A stretch of 60,925 bases of DNA, counting the filler, from Asterionella formosa (taxonomy: Eukaryota), in assembly GCA_002256025.1 (NCBI GenBank). It is 17 parts of 17 records of this genome, joined end to end, with 100 filler letters (N's around TTAATTAATTAA, not from the genome) between each part and the next. Parts side by side here need not be neighbours in the genome. Positions count along the whole stretch, not along the records: positions 10,798 to 14,295 come from NKIB01014105.1; positions 14,396 to 17,892 come from NKIB01014106.1; positions 17,993 to 21,483 come from NKIB01014107.1; positions 21,584 to 25,078 come from NKIB01014108.1; 13 more parts are not named here. One strand, written 5' to 3'. How positions within the stretch are numbered: position 1 is the first letter of the stretch; each line of letters starts with the position of its first letter. Below, piece by piece: positions 12,313 to 22,706 of the stretch. The notes below the pieces were generated by a model. That model was given only the letters and a program-made list of their open reading frames with translations. It did not search any database and was not told the DNA's origin. A program made the translations under genes and the position numbers.

Positions 12313-12864
12313 GTTTCGTCCGGTCCAAATTCTGTATCTACAAGCGTGAATTGTTAGAATAGCATATTGTTACTCCTACTACTAGCTGACTATCAGCCAT
12401 TGTGCCTTTTTATGATACATATTTTATATATATGTACCACATCAGTACAGTAGACACTCCTTGATTTTCATTCAATGATGCAATTAAGTGATAGAAGGTG
12501 AAAGCTGATCAGTTTTTGCCTAGAAAAATACAGGCAACGAGCAACTACTAGATGTACTAGTAGTATAGTACTAGCTAGTACCGCTCACGAAAATAATGTT
12601 TCTTCCTGTTTGTGATCAATATCCCATCGATCCACACATTCTCGCATATGTTTTACTCGATGCCACCAGTCGAAACGATTGAGGTAATGAGTAGATATTG
12701 GCAGGACGCGCAGACGTTGGAGATATATAGAAATAACATCCTCTGCAAATGCATTGTTTCATAGATACGAAATTGGTTATCATTTACTAACAGCGAGGTA
12801 TATGTGTTACGGTTAGATCTCTTCCATTTCTCCTTCACACTGCATCATATTTCTCCGAACACTA

Positions 12865-13575
12865 CTACCCGTAGTAAGGTAGATGAACGTTTTCTTCTCT
12901 TGCAGCAGCATATCTTCTGTTCAGCTCCTCAGTATGGCAAGCTCGTTCCCTTATATTGAAAGCAGAGAAATTGCCTGATGTCTCAGCATAGCACTCAATG
13001 AAATATATCTTGAATCTTTTTTTATTGAGTCGCCTATGCTCGGGAATGTCACTGTCATGGAGATCCTCCATAGTCATCTGGTAGAATGCTTTATAGTTGT
13101 TGTTTGCCTTTAACATATCTTGGTGTTCTTCGGGAACTGTCAGGTAATCACGTTTCATAAGTTTTGTCATGGCTTCCATAACCAGAATAGCCATTCCTTG
13201 GCGCTTACAATTCATGAAATCCTTGTCCAACGATGAATTCCAGGTAACTTGCACCTGGTTCAAAGTAGTGGGTGTTTTAGTCGAACTTTTTGAGCGATTC
13301 GATAAGCTTTTAATAGAACTTCCTGACTTTCCATAAAGTTCATTTTCTGATGGTGTCACATTTCCTTCCATTGTTGGGAGCGAGGCCACATTGGGTGGCC
13401 GTGGGAAAGAACCATCAACACGAATTGGATTTCTTAAGGGAATGCTGCTTCTTTCAGTTGCTGGTGAAGTGCCCAAAAGATCGCTAATTGAAGAGGCTGT
13501 GGGAGGGATACAAGCGGTACTTGGAGTTTTTGCCTTCTCCAGGTCGTTTTGTACCCTAGTAATCACTGGTGGCAT
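12865..13575 (-). CDS. Hypothetical protein (236 aa), probably transposon-borne
   Basis: Intact ATG-TAG ORF with an S/T/P-rich N-half. It lies among repeats, downstream of a decayed ORF. No recognisable domain. Confidence 0.4.
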   Translation of the reverse strand: MPPVITRVQNDLEKAKTPSTACIPPTASSISDLLGTSPATERSSIPLRNPIRVDGSFPRPPNVASLPTMEGNVTPSENELYGKSGSSIKSLSNRSKSSTKTPTTLNQVQVTWNSSLDKDFMNCKRQGMAILVMEAMTKLMKRDYLTVPEEHQDMLKANNNYKAFYQMTMEDLHDSDIPEHRRLNKKRFKIYFIECYAETSGNFSAFNIRERACHTEELNRRYAAAREENVHLPYYG

Positions 13576-13664
13576 ATAAACAAGAACTTACCCGCATTAG
13601 AATTATGATTACATTACTAGTGTTAGCTAGTAAATGAGAATAATATTAATATTAATAATAACAA

Positions 13665-13870
13665 TTCATTTCTTACCTCCCATTTTGGTCACATTTGTAT
13701 CCTTCTTTTGCATATTCATGAACATAGATTCCAAAGCAATGCTGTTTGCAGACTTACGTAGGTGCTCGACTTAATCATAAATTGTATTGAACCTTGCATA
13801 ACCCTTTGTTTCCCACCCTCCATACCGTTTGCCAACTCCTCCATGGTTTGTATAGAGGCATTTCACCAAA
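13665..13870 (-). pseudogene. Decayed ORF with a YT...GW...G..RFN motif, putative Plavaka accessory protein
   Basis: Hand translation: LVKCLYTNHGGVGKRYGGWETKGYARFNTIYD*VEHLRKS... The link to Plavaka elements is from my recollection of diatom repeat proteins and is unverified. Confidence 0.4.
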
Positions 13871-15228
13871 ACACCTGAACCACATCTAAGATGCCATTTA
13901 CGGCACTTTTTCGAATTTATGTCTAAAGTGACGTATTTATGCTACTTTTCTAAAAACTTATGCTACTTTTTTGGAATTTATTTGGGTCAAACCAAAATTT
14001 ATGTGTTCTCAAACAAAATTTACTTCACTTATCGAATAATTATGTGATCAAACCAATAATTATGTGTGCTCGCAACAATACTTTCTTACCAACTAGCCGT
14101 TGCTACAGTGTGATGAAGAAATTATGCTGCTTTGCGGCTATATTATGCTGGTTTCAACACATAACTAAATTAAGAGTTCCCAATATCGATTCAATTATTA
14201 TATTTTCCGCTTTCAAATTATTCTTTGGTATCAACTCCCAATGAATGCCGGTAACACATTTGTTGGCACTGATAGTACCTGCATCCATGACTTCANNNNN
14301 NNNNNNNNNNNNNNNNNNNNNNNNNNNNNNNNNNNNNNNTTAATTAATTAANNNNNNNNNNNNNNNNNNNNNNNNNNNNNNNNNNNNNNNNNNNNCTGTC
14401 GTATACAGTATTGCTTTCTTTATTTATGAGCTGGGATTGTAGGAATGCCACATTTCGTATCCTTTCTTATTATTACTTATTCTTTGTTGCGTTAGGGCAG
14501 TCGTTTTAATGAACAGACCAGGTTGATGGGCGCCCTCGTTTTGGCCACTGAGAATATTTGGATCGCACCCTGTGTATACAGTATGTATGTAGAAGCAAAT
14601 GCAAGCAAATTCCATAAAGTTCAGCAGAGTATGTAGTATTTTCTGACCGTTAAAGTGGACGAATATTTACGAGGAATTTTAACCGCCATGACAAGCAATA
14701 TCCGTTGAAATGGAGACAACTTGTATCGTCCCTTGGATTTCAGGGCGGCTGGGAGGACATCTGGCCGATCCCCGCCACTTTCTTTCTAGCCTCCTCGGCG
14801 GGAGATGCGTTCGCGGATTCCGTTTAGGATTGTTCTTTCGGCTCGAGCGTAATTTCAAGTATGTACCGGTAAACGAAGAACCAACTACGGTAACATTAGC
14901 ATGGGCGGCCAAAGGACACCACTGCCAAGGTACCGTCCTACAGTTGGCACCGGCCGAGCTGAAAGTGCAGCTTGCTCATAATTGTTTCCCTATCTCATGC
15001 TTTGAGGAATAGCCAAACGTGGCGCCTGAAAGAGTACCGGTTTATTAATCCATTACCGCCCTCCACAATAATTCCTGCTCTTGGGTCATTGCAATTGGAA
15101 ATAGTAAAGGTTCGGGGACCTCCATTACCGGTAGTCCTCAAGAGTTATATTGTTCCTGGAACTCCGCCTGTTGACAGCTATCGTGAAGGCTCGTTGCCAA
15201 ACTGTTCATATTTGCTGTGCTTGCTGCA

Positions 15229-16899
15229 ATGAGCTCGCACTCGAATTGGTGGGGCATACTGACAGGTCAGTGCGCCCAGACTGATCAATTTGTGGCAGCT
15301 GCCTGTGCTCCTGATGATGATCAACAGTTCAAGGAGTTGGACTCGTTCCTTGTCCCGCATCAACCAGACCGACCGATGCGCTGTATCATTGAGACAAATC
15401 AAGTTTCGAAATCGATTCAATACCAGGGCGATGAAATGATGAAACGAGAATACATAAAACGCATGGATGAGAGCGAAGTACTGAGAAGGACAGAATCATC
15501 TAGAAATGAAATGCACGAAGATCGTGCAGGGAGATCATCATGGGATGATGATGTGTTGTCCACATTGGCTGAAACACTTTCGATCGCAATAACCGAGGCT
15601 AGAACTGAGATCACTACAGGAACTGGTGCCACTCGATTTGCAGCCAATTTAGATCGATACTCTAGGGCAAAACCAAAATACAACCAAGTCACGAGGCCAC
15701 CCTCATTCACCGTCTTGGATAAGATTCAGACCAGCCGGTCTTTGGGCTCGGCTGCTTCGTTTGATGTAATGGGCTTACGAGAACGATTTTCCAGTAGGAG
15801 TGCTTCCAATGATAGAGGCGAAGCAAGAATCCAGCAAAAGCCGCGACTGGGAACGCCAGTGATTGGATTAAACGACTCCATGTGCGTTTTTCTTGACCCA
15901 TGTGTTGGGGAACGAGCGGAATTTATTCTGGAAGAGGAATACTACAACGCCCTTCATTTGCAACTTCATTTTCATTGCATTGAATTTTACCGTAACTCAT
16001 TTCTTCCTATGTTCCCGAATTCTCCGATCCCTGAAGGATTTTTAAGGTCACGAACTTCTTTGTCAAACGGTTCGTGTCGATCATTTCTTGAGCGACCTCC
16101 ACAGCTTATAAAATCTGGTTCTTCTTCAACCAACTCATCGAGATCGCCACGCCGTGGCGTAGACTTCGGGACCAGTGATGTTCCGTCATGGCCAGTTAAA
16201 TACTTGGTGGACGAGTCTGCGTTTATGGACTTGGCCATTGTTGGATCGCTTGGACTCGTCGATCGTGGCGCCACTTCTCCTTCCAAATTAAACAAAAAAG
16301 CTCCGGAGCACTATTTGGTGTTAATGAACCGTCGATCTGGGGTCCCTCTAGCCGTCTGTGCCTTGAAATCTCCGTACGGTGAGCCTGTGGTTCGTATATA
16401 CGCTACAAAACAGCGTGTATTTGGTCAGCATCCTGCAGCTTCGACTTCGACTTTAGGTCTTGATTGGTCCGATCCATACCCACTCTATGCGTGGGCCGAA
16501 TTCACAGCGGAAGGTGAATTTCCGTTGCCAGTACGGTATTCCATGTATATGGCCTCAGGATCCGATGGTCGATTCGAAACAGAACCGTCGTATCGAGCGT
16601 CCCACAAGACCGTTGGGTGTCCTGATATCATGGTGGTGGGCCGTACTGAAACGGAAAAGGAATTCAGGGGGTGTGCCTTGCTTTCTTTACAGGCGGACAC
16701 GATCAATGACGAGTTACACTTTGCATCCTTGTCGCTGAGCCGCGGTATTGACCCAGTCCTTCTCATTTGTTTTTCAGCCATTGTTGATGAGACGATGGAA
16801 AGAACAATGCGACTCCAATGTGATGTTTCCCGACGACGACGGTCCAAAGCACTTGCTAGCGCTGTCGACTCAAAAGCTAGCAAACGAGGTCTTCGTTAA
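15229..16899 (+). CDS. Hypothetical protein (about 556 aa) with a disordered N-half and a probable Tubby-C/LURP-one-like C-terminal domain
   Basis: Long intact ORF from ATG 15229. The beta-rich C-terminus ends in GIDPVLLICFSAIVDE, resembling the terminal buried helix of Tubby/LURP/scramblase folds. Confidence 0.75.
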   Translation: MSSHSNWWGILTGQCAQTDQFVAAACAPDDDQQFKELDSFLVPHQPDRPMRCIIETNQVSKSIQYQGDEMMKREYIKRMDESEVLRRTESSRNEMHEDRAGRSSWDDDVLSTLAETLSIAITEARTEITTGTGATRFAANLDRYSRAKPKYNQVTRPPSFTVLDKIQTSRSLGSAASFDVMGLRERFSSRSASNDRGEARIQQKPRLGTPVIGLNDSMCVFLDPCVGERAEFILEEEYYNALHLQLHFHCIEFYRNSFLPMFPNSPIPEGFLRSRTSLSNGSCRSFLERPPQLIKSGSSSTNSSRSPRRGVDFGTSDVPSWPVKYLVDESAFMDLAIVGSLGLVDRGATSPSKLNKKAPEHYLVLMNRRSGVPLAVCALKSPYGEPVVRIYATKQRVFGQHPAASTSTLGLDWSDPYPLYAWAEFTAEGEFPLPVRYSMYMASGSDGRFETEPSYRASHKTVGCPDIMVVGRTETEKEFRGCALLSLQADTINDELHFASLSLSRGIDPVLLICFSAIVDETMERTMRLQCDVSRRRRSKALASAVDSKASKRGLR

Positions 16900-17094
16900 T
16901 GATTAATTCATCGAATTGCGTGATTTGTTGATATTTTTAGTTATCGCTATCAATGGTGCGTCAAGGAAGACCGGTGTTTGCGCTCCACCGCTGAATAATC
17001 CGATTTGAGGGCCGTAACATGGTACATGTCGATTTATTGACATGCCACAAATCAAATTGGTCCTTTTCGTGGATTTCTTAACCATTCCATGTGT

Positions 17095-17892
17095 CTATGC
17101 ATTCGCATTGTCACCACTACCATTTCCAGTACCCCCACCATTATTGTTGAACTCCGTTTGTAAACTCCACATATTTTTGTGCTCCCCTGACCGATGATAG
17201 GAGCCAATCTCTGTCAGAATCGCCCTGAGCTCCTTTTCCGGTTTCCCCGATTCCTGTCGCAGCTCTTTCATAGTCCAATGTGACCGATATTGGAACAGTT
17301 CAAATATGACGGAGCGAGCAGGTATTTCTTCATATTTTCGCTTCCGCGACTCATCGCCAACCTCATCAGCATGCTCCTGTTCTTTAATTCGCTCTCCAAA
17401 CTTTTGGACGGCTGATCCAAATCCCTTGTTCAAGGGAATGGCCTTTCGAACACTCACTTCGGTCACTTCAACCGACTTGACAAAGCGAGTATTGTTGACG
17501 GAAGTTTCCAACAAGCGCTGCTTGCACAATGCCCTAAAGCGAGCGTCATTTTTGGACGCCTGCAGATTGGCAGTACGCGTGACGGTTCCCTGGACTTGCA
17601 CATTTCCGTTAGAGTGTCGAGTAAACGGATGCATGACGGGTACCTTTTTGGTCATGGCTTCCAAATCGTATTCAACGGGAATGTCGGTTGATAGCAACGA
17701 CTCTTCCACTTGGATCTTTAATGATGGCTTGACAACTTTTGGTCCCACCTTGCCGCCCTTGGTAAACACAAGCTCGCCCAGGACCGTCCCCTCCGGCGCC
17801 TTGCTGTAAACATCCGACAACGTTGCCGGAATGCGAATTAGCCAATGGGATTCATCAACATGAGTCACGTCCAGCATACCTAACGTCTCGGC
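17095..17892 (-). CDS. GTF2F2: Transcription initiation factor TFIIF beta subunit (RAP30/Tfg2), possibly 5'-truncated
   Basis: N-terminal LDVTHVDESHWLIRIP and C-terminal winged helix IFELFQYRSHWTMKELRQESGKPEKELRAILTEIG...WSLQTEF. The frame is open to the fragment edge. Confidence 0.9.
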   Translation of the reverse strand, partial: AETLGMLDVTHVDESHWLIRIPATLSDVYSKAPEGTVLGELVFTKGGKVGPKVVKPSLKIQVEESLLSTDIPVEYDLEAMTKKVPVMHPFTRHSNGNVQVQGTVTRTANLQASKNDARFRALCKQRLLETSVNNTRFVKSVEVTEVSVRKAIPLNKGFGSAVQKFGERIKEQEHADEVGDESRKRKYEEIPARSVIFELFQYRSHWTMKELRQESGKPEKELRAILTEIGSYHRSGEHKNMWSLQTEFNNNGGGTGNGSGDNANA

Positions 17893-17992
17893 NNNNNNNN
17901 NNNNNNNNNNNNNNNNNNNNNNNNNNNNNNNNNNNNTTAATTAATTAANNNNNNNNNNNNNNNNNNNNNNNNNNNNNNNNNNNNNNNNNNNN

Positions 17993-18077
17993 ACGCGCGA
18001 TGATGATTGGCTTCAAAAGAAAGAGCCACCATCGAAAGAGAGACCAAACAAGCAAAAAGAAAATTTCTTGCGCCCAT
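17993..18077 (-). CDS. 5' end of a gene with a signal peptide or anchor, running off the fragment
   Basis: MGARNFLFACLVSLSMVALSFEANHHRA from ATG 18077, open to the edge. Confidence 0.4.
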
Positions 18078-18161
18078 GATGTTGGAGAATGTACCTGGTA
18101 CGTCGTATGGTGATGGTCAGACTTTGTCTACCGGTACCATAACCAGGTGCTCCGAGCACCA

Positions 18162-18253
18162 GCAAGTTGCGGTAATTTTGCTAAAACTAAAGGATTTAGC
18201 TATCTTTATCCCAGATTTAAAATGTTAGTTTAAGCAAAATGACCGCAACTTGC
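18162..18253. mobile_element. 92-bp mini-MITE, copy 1
   Basis: Termini GCAAGTTGCGGTAATTTTGCT and AGCAAAATGACCGCAACTTGC form a 21-bp inverted repeat with 1 mismatch. Confidence 0.75.
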
Positions 18254-18267
18254 AGGTACCGGTCATG

Positions 18268-19462
18268 AATGGCTTTGAGCCACGTTATTATATCGTTTTC
18301 CGACTAATTATGCTAAAATCGATCCCCTCTTTCGCCCTTTGGGACGAAATTAGTTATTTCATTAAGCTACCTGAGAATTAAATCATTTTGTTCCTTGAAT
18401 GCCTATTTACTGAGATCTATCCATTTTCAAAGTGACCAAAACGGCCGAAGTGGCTCAAAGCCATTTGTTAAAATTTTCACATACATGCATATATTTTTAT
18501 AGGCGACAGTTAGAAAATATTACCGGAATATCGTTTGCATGTTTTTTCGCTTCTACTGGTGGTGTTGTTCCAATTTTATCTTTGTTGGTTCCATCAAGAC
18601 TCCTTGCATTTTTTCGCAGTAGTCATAGTCATTGCATCGTTCTTCGACTGGTTGGTGGTCCTCCCATCATATATTGTCATGTAATACTAGGAGTGACCAA
18701 CAAAGGATGAGGAAGTGGCGCTGTCACACCAGTTGCAACTGGTACTGCAGCATTGCCATGCATCATGGTGTCATGGTATCTGGAAAGGAGAAGTTGCTTT
18801 GTCATTGTTAATGGAAGATCACATGCTTGCTTGTAGTACCGCAATGCCATTGTTTTCGTTTGTGCCACTCCTGTCCACTCTGCTGACTGTTTGTTTAGTG
18901 TTCTGATTGCATAAACCCCGTTTGCAAGTGCTGTGTGTGCATCTTTTTCCGATTCTCTCGCTCACTCTTCAGCATGCCTCTTCCTTTTCAGCTAGTCATC
19001 GACCACTTCAGGATCCAACAAGCAAGTAAGAACTGCCCACACTGACATGGAGACCAGCTGTGTACTATTGTTTACTGCTTGCAATTGCCTTGAGTGCTGT
19101 TTTTTTGTTGGTGGGCAAGTTTGTCCAAATTTATTCCATTTCTAGAATTGCTCAAGTACATCGTCCATGGCGGTTAAACACAAATAAATATACTTAGATA
19201 TTCAGTTTTCTAAACAAATGTAGATGTGTATTACTGGGAGATGCCGGCTCAATAGTATAATATTGTTTTGCCACTTTTGGCTACTTTCCGACACATTTAT
19301 CTGATTTTCTAAAGCACAAACCTCACCCAACAACTAGATATGTTGTATCCGGCGCAACATCAGGAACAACTTTGTTGCACTAAAAATAGTCATAACTTGA
19401 AAATGAGAAAAAATCTATGTATGCATTGTGAATATTATATCGTTAAGTGACTCAAAGCCATT
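18268..19462. mobile_element. Unclassified TIR element remnant
   Basis: AATGGCTTTGAGCCAC at 18268, with inverted copies at 18450-18465 and 19447-19462. No intact transposase. Confidence 0.55.
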
Positions 19463-19659
19463 TTGAACTGTATCAATAGTCTACTGCTCACCATCATCAA
19501 TTTTGAAGCAAAAAGAATACCAGTAGTATGCATATGTAGTATATATACATGGAGCAGAAGCAAGCAATAACAAGCAATGATAAGAATACGATGCACCCAT
19601 CCCAGCCTTGCATTTTTCCATATATTTCTTTATTATATATATACATATACTTCCTTGTG

Positions 19660-20860
19660 TATGGGGGTTCTGAAAACAATTGCCCCAAGTATGTGTACCT
19701 TCAGGGTTTACCAGGCAAGGGCCAAGATAATCTGTGTAAGTTTGACTGGCTTGTAGAAGCTGATGACGGACTGTCACTTGTCAATCCCATGTGCGACCAG
19801 CAGCATTCAAAATAGTACGCGCTCTTCCACTACCACTTGGATTAAAATTGTCTTGAAAAAAGTGACAACTGATACGCTCATTTTCTGGATGCATCACATG
19901 ATTGACTTCAGCGATGGGAAGACAGTTTTGATCAAAAGCCTGAAAAGCATTCTTCTTGGGAAGGTGCATGTCTCCGTCTTAAACAATTTTTGACTCTTGA
20001 AGTAAGCAAGAACCGAGCAAATTGATTGGTCCAAAGTCTTAGCATGATTCAATCCAAACTCTTTTTGATGCCACTCATCAGGCAAAGACCAGATAATGAT
20101 AATAGGCCCATCTTCTTTTGACAATCTCGTCTGATCTTCTGGATGAGGCATTAGTTGTAGCAGCTTTTAAAAGATTTAATTTTGGCTCCAAAGTCCATCA
20201 CCAACATCTGAAATTGTTTAGATAGATAGCAAGCAAAGCTTCCACTGACGTTGACTGTGAAAGCTATCATTTGGAAGACAACAATCATCCAGCCACAAAC
20301 CATTGCATCATCAATACTGTCATAAGATTGATCATCTGGATGCATTTCCATATTCAACCAATCTGATAAGGCATTATCTTTCAAACAACTTTTCAGGGAT
20401 GAAAAGGTATCTGCAGGGCTTAAAGCACATGTGTTAGCCATGTCATTAAATTGATTCACTCTCCAATCAACAATGCCTGCACAGAGCCAGCTTCCATTAA
20501 TGACATTTTGGTCAATGATTCAAACCTTCCACCAGTCAGAGCAACTCGAAATGTATTAGTCTTAATGGTCAATACATTGTAATCATTAATCAAGGGAATG
20601 ACAGTCAGGAACCCTTGAATACATTGCCATGTTTGTTCTGTTCTAATTGGACTCACTCTTTTTGAATTCAAAGTGAAGTATCTAACAAGAAGTAGTAGTA
20701 TTTATTTGTTGAACATATGAGCTTATTAACTATTCCTTGTGTGCAACTTGTTCTTCTAGCTTGACTTCAAAGTATTCAGTCAAGTTCTCTCCTGATAGAG
20801 TTCTGATATATCTTTTAGAAACCCTAACCCTATAGGGAATATGTGTAGTTGTGCGGGATC
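19660..20860 (-). mobile_element. Decayed Ty3/gypsy-like gag region, same family as 28500-28673, 43130-46612 and 57450-60660
   Basis: HPEDQ...EWHQ peptide shared with the 43500 region. GPCLVNPEGTHTWGNCFQNP shared with 57630. The 5' part is the reverse complement of 28530-28673. Confidence 0.7.
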
Positions 20861-20979
20861 GCTCAACTGGTACCAGGTACCGGAAGTCCTACCGGTACCT
20901 TGAATTTACGAAGTCCTGGGACTCCTAGGTTGCAAAAGTACGCATACCAGAAACGCCCTACGGACGAGTACTGGTACCT

Positions 20980-21069
20980 GCAAGTTGCGGTCATTTTGCT
21001 TGAACTAGCATTTTAATATCGGATAAAGATAGCTAAATCTTAAGTTTCAGCAAAATTACCGCAAGTTGC
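20980..21069. mobile_element. Mini-MITE, copy 2, inverted relative to copy 1
   Basis: Reverse-complement match to 18162-18253, including the internal GATAAAGATAGCTAAATC. Confidence 0.75.
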
Positions 21070-22706
21070 TGGTACCAGGGGTACCAGGTACCTGGTACTG
21101 GTACCTTGTACCGGTAGTTACCTGTCATATGATCGGGCGCCCTACATACGATGTGTACATATCATTACATACCGGTATTAGCTACATACCGGTAGGCATC
21201 CGGTTGCGGGATTGAAGAAGCAACACCACAACGAATACTGTAGCATGTCAGCCCTCCTCACAGCATGAAGAAATTCGCGCTCGACTGTTTAGTCGTTGCT
21301 TTCGATTGATTTCTTCCCGTCTGCTTGGATCTTGTCACAGAAGCGACGCTTCGATTATGGACTTGCTTCTCCTTGCAGCTGCGGTTGGCACGACAACATG
21401 CTTGCCAAAGACGAACCCGCTGCCGCAGTCATTCAAATCCATGCAAACGGTATTTGGTCTTTCCATGGGAATCTTTTCGTTGANNNNNNNNNNNNNNNNN
21501 NNNNNNNNNNNNNNNNNNNNNNNNNNNTTAATTAATTAANNNNNNNNNNNNNNNNNNNNNNNNNNNNNNNNNNNNNNNNNNNNTGCCAAGAAACCACTCA
21601 AGCGAGGAGGCATAATGAGCGCCATAACAGCAAGAATGAAATCTACGAAATCAAGAGGAAAAAGACAGTTTTCAATACACACAACCACCCACAGCAAACA
21701 ACAACCAACAAGCACAATGGTACTGGAAGGTCTCACTGCCAAAAACCAACACAAGGCATAGACTAATGATAATCACATCTACGATTTCATTAAGAAATAC
21801 ATTTTTAACATTATAGTACTCCTTTGCATTGTAGCTTCAATGGCGATTTGATTGTTTGATTGATTTTCGACTAGAAATACTAGTACAGGTAGCTTTACTA
21901 GCTAGCGAATATGACATACTGTCACACCATGCATGATACATGCAAAATACACAACGAAGCTAGTAAATTCTGGTTCCACTATACTGTCCCTATTTTTGCA
22001 TAGACAAACTCACCTGTTTATTATAACAGTCATATGTGGTCTCCAACAATGAATCCAAATAGACAGGCTTATTGCCTTTAAAGGTTGTTTTTAGATCTGT
22101 AGTGACCTTGGAAGGGACTGCCATGGTCATTTGAAAGTCATGAGCTTTGTCGTGTTAATTGATTTTTCGGGGTATCAAATCAATTTTGACCAGTGATTTC
22201 TATGAACTAGTCTTTTAAAGTACTATAGGGTTTTATTGACAAGCCTCATCAAAAAAACTCGGGAAAACTTGCAAAACAAGTTTTAGCTTTAACAACAAAC
22301 CTCGTGACTAACCATCGGGCATTGTTCCATGTTTTTGACCAAATTTTGGGGTTATGGGTACAACGATTTATGTTATCATACTGGTACGCGATACGTGCGT
22401 TTGCTGGAGAAATTGTTTTTTAGTTTCAGAGCGCGCCCATTACCTGGTACCAGGTACTGCGACCATCAACCAATATACCGGGTAGTTGAATAATGGTGTA
22501 CCGGTACATCATTTGCACTACAAACCGGTATCATTATTTGATAACTGGTGCAACGCTACCACCTTGCGTCCAATCTGCTGCTGAAAGGGAGAAATATCAT
22601 CATTCTTCAGCTCCGAAAGTCTATCCAGTTGTGTGTAGCTTCGCCGAGAAGTCACTACTGGTGTAGTCGTTTATTACCCGGCCTTTCCGCCGCTTCATTC
22701 CGTAGC

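Noticed and set aside
14679..15232. Short overlapping ORFs upstream of the 560-aa gene
   Set aside because: No motifs; likely promoter or UTR sequence.
15417..17809. Antisense ORFs overlapping real genes (also within TRM1, the propeller gene and copia pol)
   Set aside because: Shadow ORFs of the coding strand with no independent features.
20818..20832. Telomeric CCCTAA repeats
   Set aside because: Only about two units, internal to a retroelement end.
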